DNA of 64,000 nucleotides, from contig BAAIJX010000045.1 of assembly GCA_054600435.1 (NCBI GenBank), positions 62,001 through 126,000 of the forward strand, read 5' to 3'. Positions 43,728 to 54,502 of this stretch are shown piece by piece. How positions within the stretch are numbered: the first letter of the stretch is position 1; the number at the start of each line of letters is the position of its first letter. Below the pieces are notes generated by a model. That model ran no database searches. It was given only the letters and a program-made list of their open reading frames with translations, and was not told where the DNA came from. This stretch comes from Neophaeotheca triangularis (taxonomy: Eukaryota). The translations under genes and the position numbers were made by a program.

Positions 43728-44636
43728 TCACCGACAAGTCCCTCTCTCCTTGCCCTCTCGCTCCGTCCTCTGAAATACATCGTATTGAGGTGTGCCCGGA
43801 TATTGCTCGTCAGAATCCTCCTCGTCTCCACCCTCGCTTTCGCGGCGGCCTTCGTCTTCTTGAAACCCTCGATCTCCGTCTGTGAAGCCGTCAACTTCAT
43901 CCGTGGCGTTCCTGTTGTCTTCAGAATCGCTTCCAAGCTCTGGAGACGATATCGTGATCCTGCTCATCTTCGCGAGACTGGCAACCGGCTGCAATTCACC
44001 ATCTGAACCAGAGTTGCTGCGGCTTTGGCGTCTACGCTTTCTCCTTGCCACGAGGTCCCCGGCCAACGCAGCAGCAGCAGCAGCAGGATCGCCTTGAGAT
44101 GGGCGAAGAGGTGACGTTCTCTGCTCTTCTGTGGAAGCTCCTGCCTCTTCGGCAATGCCACCTGCAGTAGCACTTATCGGGGAGCTCGCCACAGTGGGTT
44201 GAGCTGCTCCCACTCCAAATACTTTCGACACCCTCCTGGCCACTCCGAGACATTGCTGGACGAAAGTGCTATCGTGCTTGCTGCTGGCCTCGAAGCCAGC
44301 AGCGTGTTGAAGAGCATCGAAACCACTACAAGCGGACGTTTGAGGATGGGCCGAACAAGTAGAATAGCTGGTACTAGCCAGGGATGGAGCTAGCGGATGG
44401 AACGAAGATGATGAGCCCACCCTTTTTTCAACTTCCAGTTGTTGCTGGATCTGGATTAGCCACTGCATTCCGAATCTGGTCATCGTTCTACAGCGGGAAA
44501 ATACCCTCAGGAGCGTAGCCTCGCTGAATTGACGCTCAGCCCTGATTAGCTGCACCCGCAACGCTACCACCTCTTCGTCCGCCTTGCGCTCTTGAGAGCG
44601 GAGACGCTCCAACTCCTGGTCCGCTTGATTGGCCAT
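43728..44636 (-). CDS. Orphan protein C with an N-terminal coiled coil and acidic region; possibly decayed
   Basis: 302-aa ATG-started ORF ending at a GTGAGT donor-like site. The downstream exon is not cleanly in frame. Confidence 0.45.
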   Translation of the reverse strand: MANQADQELERLRSQERKADEEVVALRVQLIRAERQFSEATLLRVFSRCRTMTRFGMQWLIQIQQQLEVEKRVGSSSSFHPLAPSLASTSYSTCSAHPQTSACSGFDALQHAAGFEASSKHDSTFVQQCLGVARRVSKVFGVGAAQPTVASSPISATAGGIAEEAGASTEEQRTSPLRPSQGDPAAAAAALAGDLVARRKRRRQSRSNSGSDGELQPVASLAKMSRITISSPELGSDSEDNRNATDEVDGFTDGDRGFQEDEGRRESEGGDEEDSDEQYPGTPQYDVFQRTEREGKERGTCR

Positions 44637-45052
44637 GGTTGATCGTTTTGATCGTTTGGGGTGCCATCTGCGGTTTGGCGCCTTGTCCGTTCAAACTTGG
44701 AGTAAAGGGGTTCGTGAAGCCTGGTCTGGAAATTAGAGTCACATTGTTCCTGGATAACACACTCTAGCCAACGCCTGCTCGGACGTCTTCGTGTTGTATC
44801 GTATTGAATCTCCCAATGTGAAGGATGAGTTTCACGAGCTATGGGTACTGTAGGGCGGTAATGTAGTGTTGTCAAAAGCAAAGCGGAAGGTATTGTATAG
44901 TGAAACAGTAAGGTTGTTAATACATACGCATGCTGCTAGAAGGTCGTGGACAAAGCATTCAAGCGAGTAAAGAAACCGCCGATAGTGATCATTGCATCTC
45001 TTTGACATCGCCCTAGAATCGAACGGAATCCCCCTTCGTTCATCTCCTTGCC

Positions 45053-45984
45053 TCTTTAGGGCTTCCCACAGCGGTGTCGATACGGCTGTTCGCGTTTCAG
45101 CCTCGCATATGCTCTCACAAGACCATAAAACGAGGCCCTGCGGCTGTGTTTAATGAGGCGTTTCAGCTCGTCGAGGTTTTTGCCCGCTCTCATATCTTTT
45201 TGCGTGGCCTCATCAACCTATTCCCCACCCTTGTGTATTTCATTCAGTCCCTGGCTCGTGCCTTCAGTAGCACATTCAATCGAGGGATATCTTACCGTTC
45301 ACTGCGGCGGCGACACCCTCATCCACGGCTCTCGCCCTCTGATTCCACTCCGTTTCCGCCGGCCTTCGGCTCTCAGGCCGCGATACAGCTACCGATACAA
45401 TCTACGGCTCACTGTCGCCCTGATCGACAGTCTCCTCCTCCCTCGCCGCCTTGGATGCGTGTCCGGTCTTTCGCCTCTTGGGCGAGCGCTTATCTGGGAC
45501 GAAATCAGCATCCTTCTCGTCCTCCGTAGCCTTTTTCTTGCGGCCTTTTCCCTTCGCGGAAGTGAGTTGGTCGTATTTGGCGCTAGTACCGCCACCACCA
45601 AGGGGCCCGGGACCATTGGGGCTTTTCTTCCCCTTCTTTAGCCGCATGTCTTCAATGTTCGCTTGGAGGAGGTGTCAATAATGTGTAGAACAGACGGAGG
45701 TTGGAGCTACTGCTTGCGGGTTGCTGAGATGCACTCGCCGGCAGCAGCTATCTGCTTCGCAATATTGCGGAAACCTTACGCCAGAGTTGCGCGCCCTTCG
45801 CCGTTCGAAGCTCCCGAGGTGTCTTCGCTACTGCTAGTCTGCTCTGCTTCGGCAGAGACGCCCTCGATCTGTCTGGCTCCGAAAGTCCCCCGCTTTCTCC
45901 AGGTTCATAATCGCCATCGCCTCTGTCGCCGCTTTCGCTCTTTTGGTTTTCTTGAACATTATCGTGGCCATCCAAAGAATTCAC
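45053..45984 (-). pseudogene. Decayed orphan gene B (paralog of A)
   Basis: ORF 45402-45647 continues past TAG as IVSVAVSRPESRRPAETEWNQR..AAAVN|GTAAGA, collinear with A. The last exon reads NLDELKRLIK..YARLKRE. Boundaries are approximate. Confidence 0.55.
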
Positions 45985-46695
45985 CGTTTTCGCTGCGGTA
46001 TGTCGGCGCCGCTTCGAGGGACGGGCCGGTGCCTGACGATCGGAAGAGGGAGCGCCAGGATCTGCGGAGACTGGGTCGGCGTGCTGTGTAGCCGTGCTAG
46101 GCCGGACGATATCGTTGCTGTGCGCGCGGCAAAGGCTCCTCCTGTATACAGTGCAGTCCCGTTTCCGTCGCTTCCGTCTGAGATAAAGAGCGTGCTCTGG
46201 CCACGGCGAGAGCGCAGGCTATGCCCACGTACGAGTATCGTTGGCGGGTCACTGCTCAGTCGAGAAGAAGGAGGTATATGGCATCGTGGAGGTGCTAGGT
46301 TGTCTAGCAACAGCTGTGGTCCTTGTGCTGAAGCGTTTGTGTCGTCCTATAGTGGCGGCATCCATAGCGATACATATTGCTTTATCGGTCCTCGGGCCAG
46401 GCCATAGTAGAGGGCTCGGACAAAAGCGTTAGCGTCTGCAAGGTGGAGTGGAAGATCATCGGGCAAGTCTTAGAGGACCGGAATTCGCTGGGTTATCACT
46501 GCAATGAAGGCTGAATACATTCTCTCGACCGTAGCAGACGGCGTTCAGGCGGTCAATGTTCGTCCTACTTCATGAAAGGCTTCCCATTCTTGACTGCCTG
46601 TACATATCTTGAGAACAAGAGAGCAAAATTTTCACTTGTCCTTGGCCCGTCCACTTCTTCCTGGCCTTTTGACTTCCTCAGCTTCACACGCAGTA

Positions 46696-47689
46696 TCAAC
46701 GCTTTGACCTGGTCATCCTCGCTGGCGAATTGTAAGTAAAAACACGGATCAGTACTCCCAGAGCAGTGCACTTACTCAATCCGCTTGCGGCCGAGTGGGC
46801 AATGATCTTCCTGTACGCTCTCGCTTCGGTCATGGGACCATCGTCACTCGAGCTGGCCGCGCTGAACAGTGCCCTCAGATCACCACCACCAAAACCACTA
46901 CCATTGTCCTCCTGCTCCTTATCACCCTCAATACTATTGTTCGCTTCCCTTTGCTCCTCACCAGAACGCGAAGCCTCCCGGGCATCAGAGTCCCGGCCAC
47001 TGCTTTCGCTCGATACGAAGAGGTCACTCCGTGGGAATGCCGAGCGCAGAGCGTCAATCGTGAGTGGTCCGGAGCCCCCTTTTTCGGTGATGGTGCCACG
47101 TCGAGTGCGCACAAACGGTGGGTCGGTGTCCTCACCGGAAGTCGCTTCGTCGGCGTCTTCGTTCGCAGTGTGCACAGCGTCGTCCTGTTGACCCACAGCG
47201 CCCTTGCGAGCGGCCGTGGGAGTGGGTTCGGCTTCCTCGGAATGGTCGGCATAGTAACGCGGTGTTCCGTCGTCTACAGGGCCCGCAGTGTCTTTCTCGG
47301 ACGAAGCTGGGAGACTGTCCGAATCCCGGGACCTGGTATATTCGGCGCGAGCGCGGCTTCCACTATGGCGGGTGGCTCGGCGACGTGCAATATTGTGTGC
47401 TGCGATCGCAATGCTCTTCCAAGCGTCAATATTGTGTCGACGCGCCTTTGCGGGCTTTACTTACTTTGTCGAGCCTCCTACGGCGTACGTCCGACAACCT
47501 GGCTTCGAGTCGGCGCTGCTTCTCGTTGAGGGTTCGTAATCTGCGGGTATCTCGCGCAACATCCTGGAGGAGGGCCTCTCGAGCGTCGTTGACCTCTGTA
47601 CGACGACGACGCAACTTTTCTTCTTGGTCCATCAAACGCCGCTCCTTGTCCGCAAGTTGTTGGTCGCTTTGGCCCAGAAGTCGTGGCAT
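46696..47689 (-). CDS. Orphan protein D with an N-terminal coiled coil and acidic region
   Basis: Intron 47416-47464 (GTAAGT..TTGAC..AAG) joins ORF 47426-47689 in frame to ORF 46696-47196. A second intron-like segment lies at 46722-46775, and the 3' end may be frameshifted. Confidence 0.5.
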
Positions 47690-48842
47690 GTTGAAAATTG
47701 GACGATGTTGACGAGTCCCGAATGCTGCATGTGTTCACAAGTGCAAAGCGTTCGAGAAGTGTAGCTTGAGTGCCCAAGGTGGTCGGACCTCTTGGCATTG
47801 CCTAAGCGGAAAAGCTTCAAGCGAAGTGAATGCCTGAACAAGTGTCGTGTTCCGGCATGCTTGTGCTTTCCGGGCCTCACGACATCTTCTCTCAAATGAT
47901 TCGGGCCCTTTGGCAATGTCGGCCGAGAGCTGGCTTGGTCGATCGATGTGGCCAGGATCGTCGAACAGTATTTGGCTGTCGTTCGGCTCAAAACGATCGC
48001 AAAGCTCCAATCGTCCAGATCCGGGTTGCCCGGGGTCAAGTGGATCTGGATGTATTCGAGTGTGGACCTCATAACGCTTTTCGCGCTTGGGGTCATCGAC
48101 GGGCGCCTCGGTATTCATCAAGCTATCGAAAGCCTTGATCTCCTCAGCGAGGTCTTGAACGCGGTCGAGCCATTCTGCGACGCTAGACATCGCTATGCTT
48201 TTGCGAGACTTGGCCACTTCGCTCTGCGCCATCTTGTCGTCGTATCTTGTCTCGAGAAGCTGATATCATGAGAGCGGAACCTGCCCCTCATTGCGAATGT
48301 GTCGCTCTCCCCAAGTCGCTCGGCCTGGGTGGAAGCAACATCCTGTCCATATCTTTGCGAACGCATACATGAACACCCCATCAGCGGGGTTTGTTAAGAC
48401 GTAGCGTATACGAATTCAAGAAATTATGATATAGGTTGTGTGCACAGAAGGGCATTGGGAAAGGAGAAGATGAGAAGTTCTGTAATGGCAAGATCAAGTT
48501 GATTTCAAAGCCTTACACCAGGACCTTGACGGAGAAGTACTTATCTACTGACATGACAAGAAGAGCACTGCTGCAACATTCTTTCGGGGAATTTCCTATG
48601 ATGTCTCCGACGTTGTATAGTTGTTAGAGGCGTTGGGTCAAAGGCTGATGAAGGAAGACGAAAGAGGAGGTGAGGTCTGTCCTAGAAAGCACGGTCCAGC
48701 AAATGCTGATTGGCTGTCGAGCATTCGCACGGGCTTGCTCTCTTGCATCTCTCTACACCCTTTGTTCGATAATAGAAAATAAAACATTCTTCACAATATT
48801 CCGATGCTCGAGGGACAGTAGGCTGGCGAACTCACGGCGACA

Positions 48843-49992
48843 ATGCCGATCTGTATTGAGTGTCGCTATCCGGTCAGCACGCTCTACACCACCTACAGCA
48901 AGGCCGACGACAAAGCCCTAGGCAAAGGCGTTCGGCTCACTCAATGCCCGCGGTGCAAAAGATTCGCAGACAAGTATGTTGAGCATGACTTTGTTGTGCT
49001 CTTCATAGACCTTGTCTTGATCAAGCCTCAAGTACGTTTACCCATCATGTGATGATCAACTATCGATGAGATTCGACCCTGTGAACGGGGCTGGAACTAG
49101 AGCGGTAGCTGAGAAGACCACAACACTGACGATCAGACAGGTGTATCGCCATGTATTATTCAATCGGCTGGGCAGTGACGGCGACAAACTCGACGTACGT
49201 CCAACATACCCCCTTACGCGCTCAACACTTGAACTAACGCAGGCATACAGACCTCCATCATCCGTCTAAGCATTCTCCTCACACTCTTCGACGTCTACTT
49301 GACTTGGGCACGCATAGAGAAAGCGACACCCGACTCGCCAGCTCTCCCTCGGAACCCACCCCCACCACTTCCTCCTTACACCTCGTCCAATCCCGCTGGC
49401 GACTTCATCAGCAACGCCACCCTTGAGGCCTCGACAGTACCAACCCACTACTTGACGACCCAGCCACTACTGCTCCAATACCTCTTCTTCCTAGCTCTAT
49501 GCACGCTCGAGACATTCTCGTTCCACCTGCCCATCCGCACGCTGCTGTCGACAAGGCCGCCTCCGTGGCTGCGTAACATCATTCCCTACTACCCTCACCC
49601 TTCGCTCATCAGCACCGCGCTGTTGGTCAGCAGCTTTACGAAACTCTTCCCGCTGCTGCTTCTGATTTGGAATTATGATTTGCCAAGCTCAGCAAGCGCA
49701 GTCAGCTGGGCCGTCATCATCAACAACGTCGCTGCGTTGGAAATTCTTCTCGATTGCGGGTATGTGAGAGCAGCAGGACTGTGTACTGTGGGCGCGGTTT
49801 GCAGAGCCGCCGTAGGCTGGGTGAGTCTTCGCTTTCGAACCGAGGTTTCTTCGCGCGATCACTGCTAACTATGCGCAGGGTATCCTTCGGGCCGTAGGCG
49901 TGGGAGGCGGAGTGGCAGCTGCTGGAGTAGTAGAGACCGGAGACTTGATTGATTGGTGGCGACGGCTGACAGAGAGTATAGGATTTCCATAG
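48843..49992 (+). CDS. ARV1: Sterol/lipid homeostasis protein Arv1
   Basis: MPICIEC..LTQCPRCKRFADKYVEHD..IDLVLIKPQVYRHVLFN. Exons 48843-49031, 49141-49194, 49251-49820 and 49879-49992 join in frame. Confidence 0.95.
49049..49112 (+). ncRNA. Candidate intronic box C/D snoRNA in ARV1 intron 1
   Basis: C box GTGATGA at 49049-55 and D box CTGA at 49109-12, just upstream of the branch point in a 109-nt intron. No terminal stem or target was identified. Confidence 0.3.
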
Positions 49993-50330
49993 GTATTGCT
50001 TGTTCTGCTGCTGGTTTGAGCTGTCATGGCTCGCTATTTACCTGCGTGGACTCTGAGTGAATACGAGCCTTTGGCACTGCGTGTCGGCACGAGGGATGTC
50101 TGTCTGCGCATTTGGCCTTGAAGCATACAAGTACGTAGCTTGCGGTAGACAGACGCTTAAACCCTACTATCAGCTCATCGGCAGCCTCTGCAAATCGCTC
50201 TTATCTATACACTCCCTATACTCACAAAGTATAACTCCCCTACTCTTTTTCCGTCGAAAATCGCTTCGCCCAAACACAAGCTCCCATCAAACGCCATGTA
50301 AACGCCCAGCCTTCCGCTCCACTCCCGTCC

Positions 50331-50705
50331 TCACATGAAGTTCCCTCCCTTCGCCGGCCCATTGTTATACTCAGGTCGCAGATCGGCCCGCTCGGGCACG
50401 ATGAGCGGGTGCCATTGCGCTAGGAAGGTTATGACTATAAACCCGGGTTAGCGAATCCCTGGTGCATGCCTTTCGAGAGGATGATGGGGGCAAAGACGTA
50501 CCCCACATGAGCCAGCAGCTCCAGGCCGAGAGGATGAGGGTCGAGCGCCAGATCCTGCAAGGGTTGTTAGTATTTGACCGGGCTGGTTGGGGGTTGGCAG
50601 GTTGTAGTACGTTTGTGTGTCGCCCTTGGGGCTCAGAAACCAGGATGCCGCGCTGAAGACGACAATGAAGATGATGCTAACGAGGAGGGACCAGCCGTTT
50701 GCCAT
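50331..50705 (-). CDS. VMA9: V-type ATPase subunit e
   Basis: Three exons give MANGWSLL..WFLSPKGDTQT-IWRSTLILSAWSCWLMW-VITFLAQWHPLIVPERADLR. Confidence 0.93.
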
Positions 50706-52061
50706 GTTTGCGAAGATCGAGTTGTTCTCCTTGGGCTTCTGGTGGGTGGATCGGGCTGGGCGCGGTGATATTGGTTGCTTTGCAATTGTTGTTGTGTCTC
50801 GTGCCTCGAAGCTTGGAGGTGGTGGTGATGATGGAAGTCAGGGCTCGGAAGAAGCCGAGGGCTTTGCGCTGGAGCTTGGACTTGGGCTTGAAAAGTCTCG
50901 CTTTCCCTTCAAGGCCCGGTTTTCCTTGTGTCCCAGATTGAAATCATAGGCACTATGCCACGGTTTCACAGCAATACATAAAGGTTTGTCAGATGCTCGT
51001 TGCAACTCGGCTACAAAGTATCAACGAACTGCGCCTACGGGAAGGCAATAGGCGCCAACATCCCGCCTCAATACCTCTGCCTTTTTCCCTTCTCCCTCCC
51101 TTTCCAATTTTCCCTTTTCTCCAGTGATATACGCTTGGAGCAAGAGGCTGATGGAACTCTAGGCACACTTTAACGATGCAGGTCCTTCAGACCGTAATAA
51201 TTAGCATCGAAGCTTTTGTAGGGCTAGTCGACCTTGGGATCACCAATGGGTCTTCACGTCAAGCTCCAGATAGATTCGGAACGATGTTGTTTTACGATTG
51301 AATGTTACCTAGGTAACATCGAAACGTTATCCTTTCACCCTGATACCATGGTTCGCAGCTCTCAACTGGAGTATGCGCAACAGCGCAACACGGGGCATCT
51401 GTGCTGGGACAGTCCAAGGCGCATCGGCCGACAGAACGCCTTGTTGCATGAAGCCCTTCATGATCGGTCATGTTACAGTCAGGTGTAATGAGTTCCATGG
51501 CTTGGCGGTTGAGGTGGAGCAGTGGCAGCACAAGTTTAATGCCAGTATCTCAATCCTGGAAGACTTCATGCTGGCCCCCGTCGGCTCGTACCCTTCAGAG
51601 AGATGTAAGTCGGTCACTAGATCAACATGGAACGTAAGTTATGCGTCCCGCTAGATTGGTTCTATCTCCGGATGTAATCATCTGTACTGGAGCTGTTGAA
51701 AGCGAAGCAAGCTAAACGAAGATTCTAGATGTGTTCCTACTTGTTAGCTCAAAGGTGACCACGAAGCACTTCTCTTTTTTTTATATCACTCGCACGATCC
51801 AGCCCAGGTATTCTCCGTGGATGGATTCAAAGAGGTTATCCGAACAGCTCTCGACTCTCGGTCCTCAGTAACCCGACTCCACAGAACTTACTAGTACCCC
51901 CACGGCCTTCAAAGTGCCCCACCGGCAACTCAAAAACGGCAACCCGCAAGTCAACCCCTCGCACCCCACGGCCATTCGAGAGACGCGAGCGAGATCACGT
52001 TGCCGAGAGACACGTACCGGACTAGAAACATTTATTAGCCACTCAACAAAAAGAGGCCACG

Positions 52062-52322
52062 ATGTCTTCTAACAAGCCCATCCATATCTCTTCAAAGCTC
52101 GACATCGAAGCCGAATCACTCCACGAGACTATTCGCAACCCAGCTACAGGCGAGACCAAACACATTGACACAGACAAACCCCACGAGACTACCATTTCTG
52201 AGACCCTCACTACCAACCCCGTCAAGTACGAAACCAAAGGAACGTCGGGTCCTCGAGTAACCGAAGGCAAGACCATCCAAGAAGTCTCCGAAACCACCGG
52301 CGACGACACCAGCCAGCTCTAA
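52062..52322 (+). CDS. Small hydrophilic Thr/Glu-rich protein (86 aa) immediately upstream of rpiB
   Basis: ATG in a good context and gene-like C-ending codon usage. It stops 47 nt before the rpiB ATG. Confidence 0.5.
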   Translation: MSSNKPIHISSKLDIEAESLHETIRNPATGETKHIDTDKPHETTISETLTTNPVKYETKGTSGPRVTEGKTIQEVSETTGDDTSQL

Positions 52323-52341
52323 GCCCACCGCAACCACAGCT

Positions 52342-52366
52342 ACACACACACACACACACACACACA
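52342..52366. repeat. (AC)n microsatellite in the spacer before rpiB
   Basis: Directly visible. Confidence 0.95.
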
Positions 52367-52369
52367 GCC

Positions 52370-52843
52370 ATGTCTTCGGGCCTCCGCATCGCCATGGGCG
52401 CCGACGACGCCGGCTGCACCTACAAGAACAAGATCAAGGCCGACCTCGAGGCGGACCCGCGCGTCGCCAAAGTCCTCGACGTCGGCGTCAACAGCCCAGA
52501 CGACAAAACCGCCTACCCGCACTCCGCCGTCTCGGCCGCGCAGCTGGTGCAAAAGGGCGAAGCCGACCGCGCTCTCATAATCTGTGGCACGGGGCTCGGC
52601 GTCGCCATCGCCGCTAACAAGGTCCCTGGTATCCGGGCTGTAACTGCACACGACAGCTTTAGCGTTGAGAGGGCTGTACTGAGCAATGATGCTCAGGTGC
52701 TGTGTATGGGCGAGAGGGTTGTGGGGATTGAGCTTGCTAGGAGGTTGGCCAAAGAGTGGATCGGGTACAAGTTTGACCCGCAGAGCGCAAGTGCTAAAAA
52801 GGTTGATGCTATTATGGAGCATGAGAAGAAGAACTTTGCGTAG
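52370..52843 (+). CDS. rpiB: RpiB/LacA/LacB family sugar-phosphate isomerase
   Basis: [28 protein letters not shown] and [15 protein letters not shown]. Intronless. Confidence 0.93.
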   Translation: MSSGLRIAMGADDAGCTYKNKIKADLEADPRVAKVLDVGVNSPDDKTAYPHSAVSAAQLVQKGEADRALIICGTGLGVAIAANKVPGIRAVTAHDSFSVERAVLSNDAQVLCMGERVVGIELARRLAKEWIGYKFDPQSASAKKVDAIMEHEKKNFA

Positions 52844-53293
52844 GGGAAAGGTGGTCAGGATGCTTGGATCTGTAAGGCTTGGTAACCTGGATAGATATGG
52901 TATTTAGCGTATGTTGGAATGAACGTTTGAAGGTACCTCAACATCATGTGGTCCAGACAATACCCCTCGACTTAAGAATGTGCTCTCTGTCGTTACTAAG
53001 TAGAGTCTTGTTACGCGGTCTGTCAAATTGGTCGTTGTCCACGCCCTTCTTTTCAGGCCAAGGTAGTTGGAATATCAGTGGTTAGACAAGCTAACAGTCG
53101 CTGTACACACTGTCGCATCCAGAGTGTCCATAGAGCTTGTTGATCTACCGTGGCAATGATCGCAAAAGTAAAATTGGGAAACTGCGACGAACAAATTGAT
53201 GATGTTACAATGTATCCTTCTTTCTATACATTCAGTAAATTGTACACCACTGGCCCCCTATACACCTCCTCTTCGATGCCACTTCCGATTGCT

Positions 53294-54118
53294 CTACCAA
53301 CCCTGCGCCTTCATGTCCTGCACTCTTTTCACAATCTTCTTGAATCCTGCCTTGAAGCGTCTCCTCCAGCGCTCGCTCTTTAGCCTCTTGCGCTTCAATC
53401 CCGGCCTCTCATGAAACCTTTGCAAACGCTCATGCTTGCGCACCTGGTTACGGTTGATAGCCATGTCCAGCGATCTGAAAGCTTTTCCGACGTCCATACC
53501 CTTTGAGCTGTCCACAGTGACAGTACGCCCAACGCTCGCGTTGAGTTTGATGCTAGGCACCTCGGAGACGGAGGGCGGTTGGTTGCTGCCCCTAGCCTTG
53601 GCGGGTTGGGTCGGGTTGTTCAGTGGATTAAGTAAGCTGCTGATGTCGTTGGAAGAGGAATAATCGTTTGTGACGTTGTGGCGGTTCGGGGAGCGCGATG
53701 GCTGGGCTCGTGGTCTGGCCATGGCTGCTTCGAACATGTCATTGGCGCTGTTCTGGGCTATGCCACGAGTAGGCGGGTTCTGAGTCTGCGCCGCCGGGGA
53801 CTTGAACTTGCTCGTGCGTGACGTTGAGGTTGTCGGGGTGCCTTTCTTGAGATCGAGGGTGTCGTCGAGCATGGAAGCCATTTCGGAGTCAAGAGAGGGC
53901 CCTGTTTGCGGTTTGCCCTGCCTGCTGTTCGCGGAGTCATCTTGTCGCCGTCCGGACGTTGTTGCAAAGGTTCGTTTAGTCTGGCTTTGCAGTTGCGCTG
54001 CCCTAGGGGTGTAGGCTCTTGATGTGATTGCTGTTCTTCTCGCCTGAGGTGCCAGGAAGGATAGAATGGGGTGCTGTTGAGAGCGCAGCACGCTCTCTCC
54101 CACCCGCAAGAACTCCAT
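53294..54118 (-). CDS. MRP21: Mitochondrial small ribosomal subunit protein bS21m
   Basis: C-terminal GRTV..AFRSL..NQV..QRFHERPGLKRKRLKSERWRRRFK..GW. Probable start is MEFLR at 54118. Confidence 0.9.
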   Translation of the reverse strand: MEFLRVGESVLRSQQHPILSFLAPQARRTAITSRAYTPRAAQLQSQTKRTFATTSGRRQDDSANSRQGKPQTGPSLDSEMASMLDDTLDLKKGTPTTSTSRTSKFKSPAAQTQNPPTRGIAQNSANDMFEAAMARPRAQPSRSPNRHNVTNDYSSSNDISSLLNPLNNPTQPAKARGSNQPPSVSEVPSIKLNASVGRTVTVDSSKGMDVGKAFRSLDMAINRNQVRKHERLQRFHERPGLKRKRLKSERWRRRFKAGFKKIVKRVQDMKAQGW

Positions 54119-54502
54119 GACCGGTGTCGCCAGCCGGTTCGTACTGATCATGGGAGAGTGTTGGTATTCAAGCCATATTGTACGTGATAGCAAGTTTTGA
54201 CTATGAAGCATCCACACTACATACACTGTACTTCTGGCATGGCCCAGTCTCGTATACTTTCTCCCGGGGAAGGCGCGCGGAGGTCGGCAGCTCTTCGGCT
54301 CCCGGGTACAGCCGGCGCTAGCGGCGGCCGCAGAAAGTTGAACGACAGCTCTGGAGCTTCACAAGGAACACCTCACTCTCCCTCTTTCACACCCACGCGA
54401 CAGCACACTTCGCTTCACGTCCACGCCGCCTCCTTTCCACTGCTTGTCCATCACCGAAGCACACTCTTTGTCACTCACATTCACGCGCGCGTACCCCCAG
54501 CC

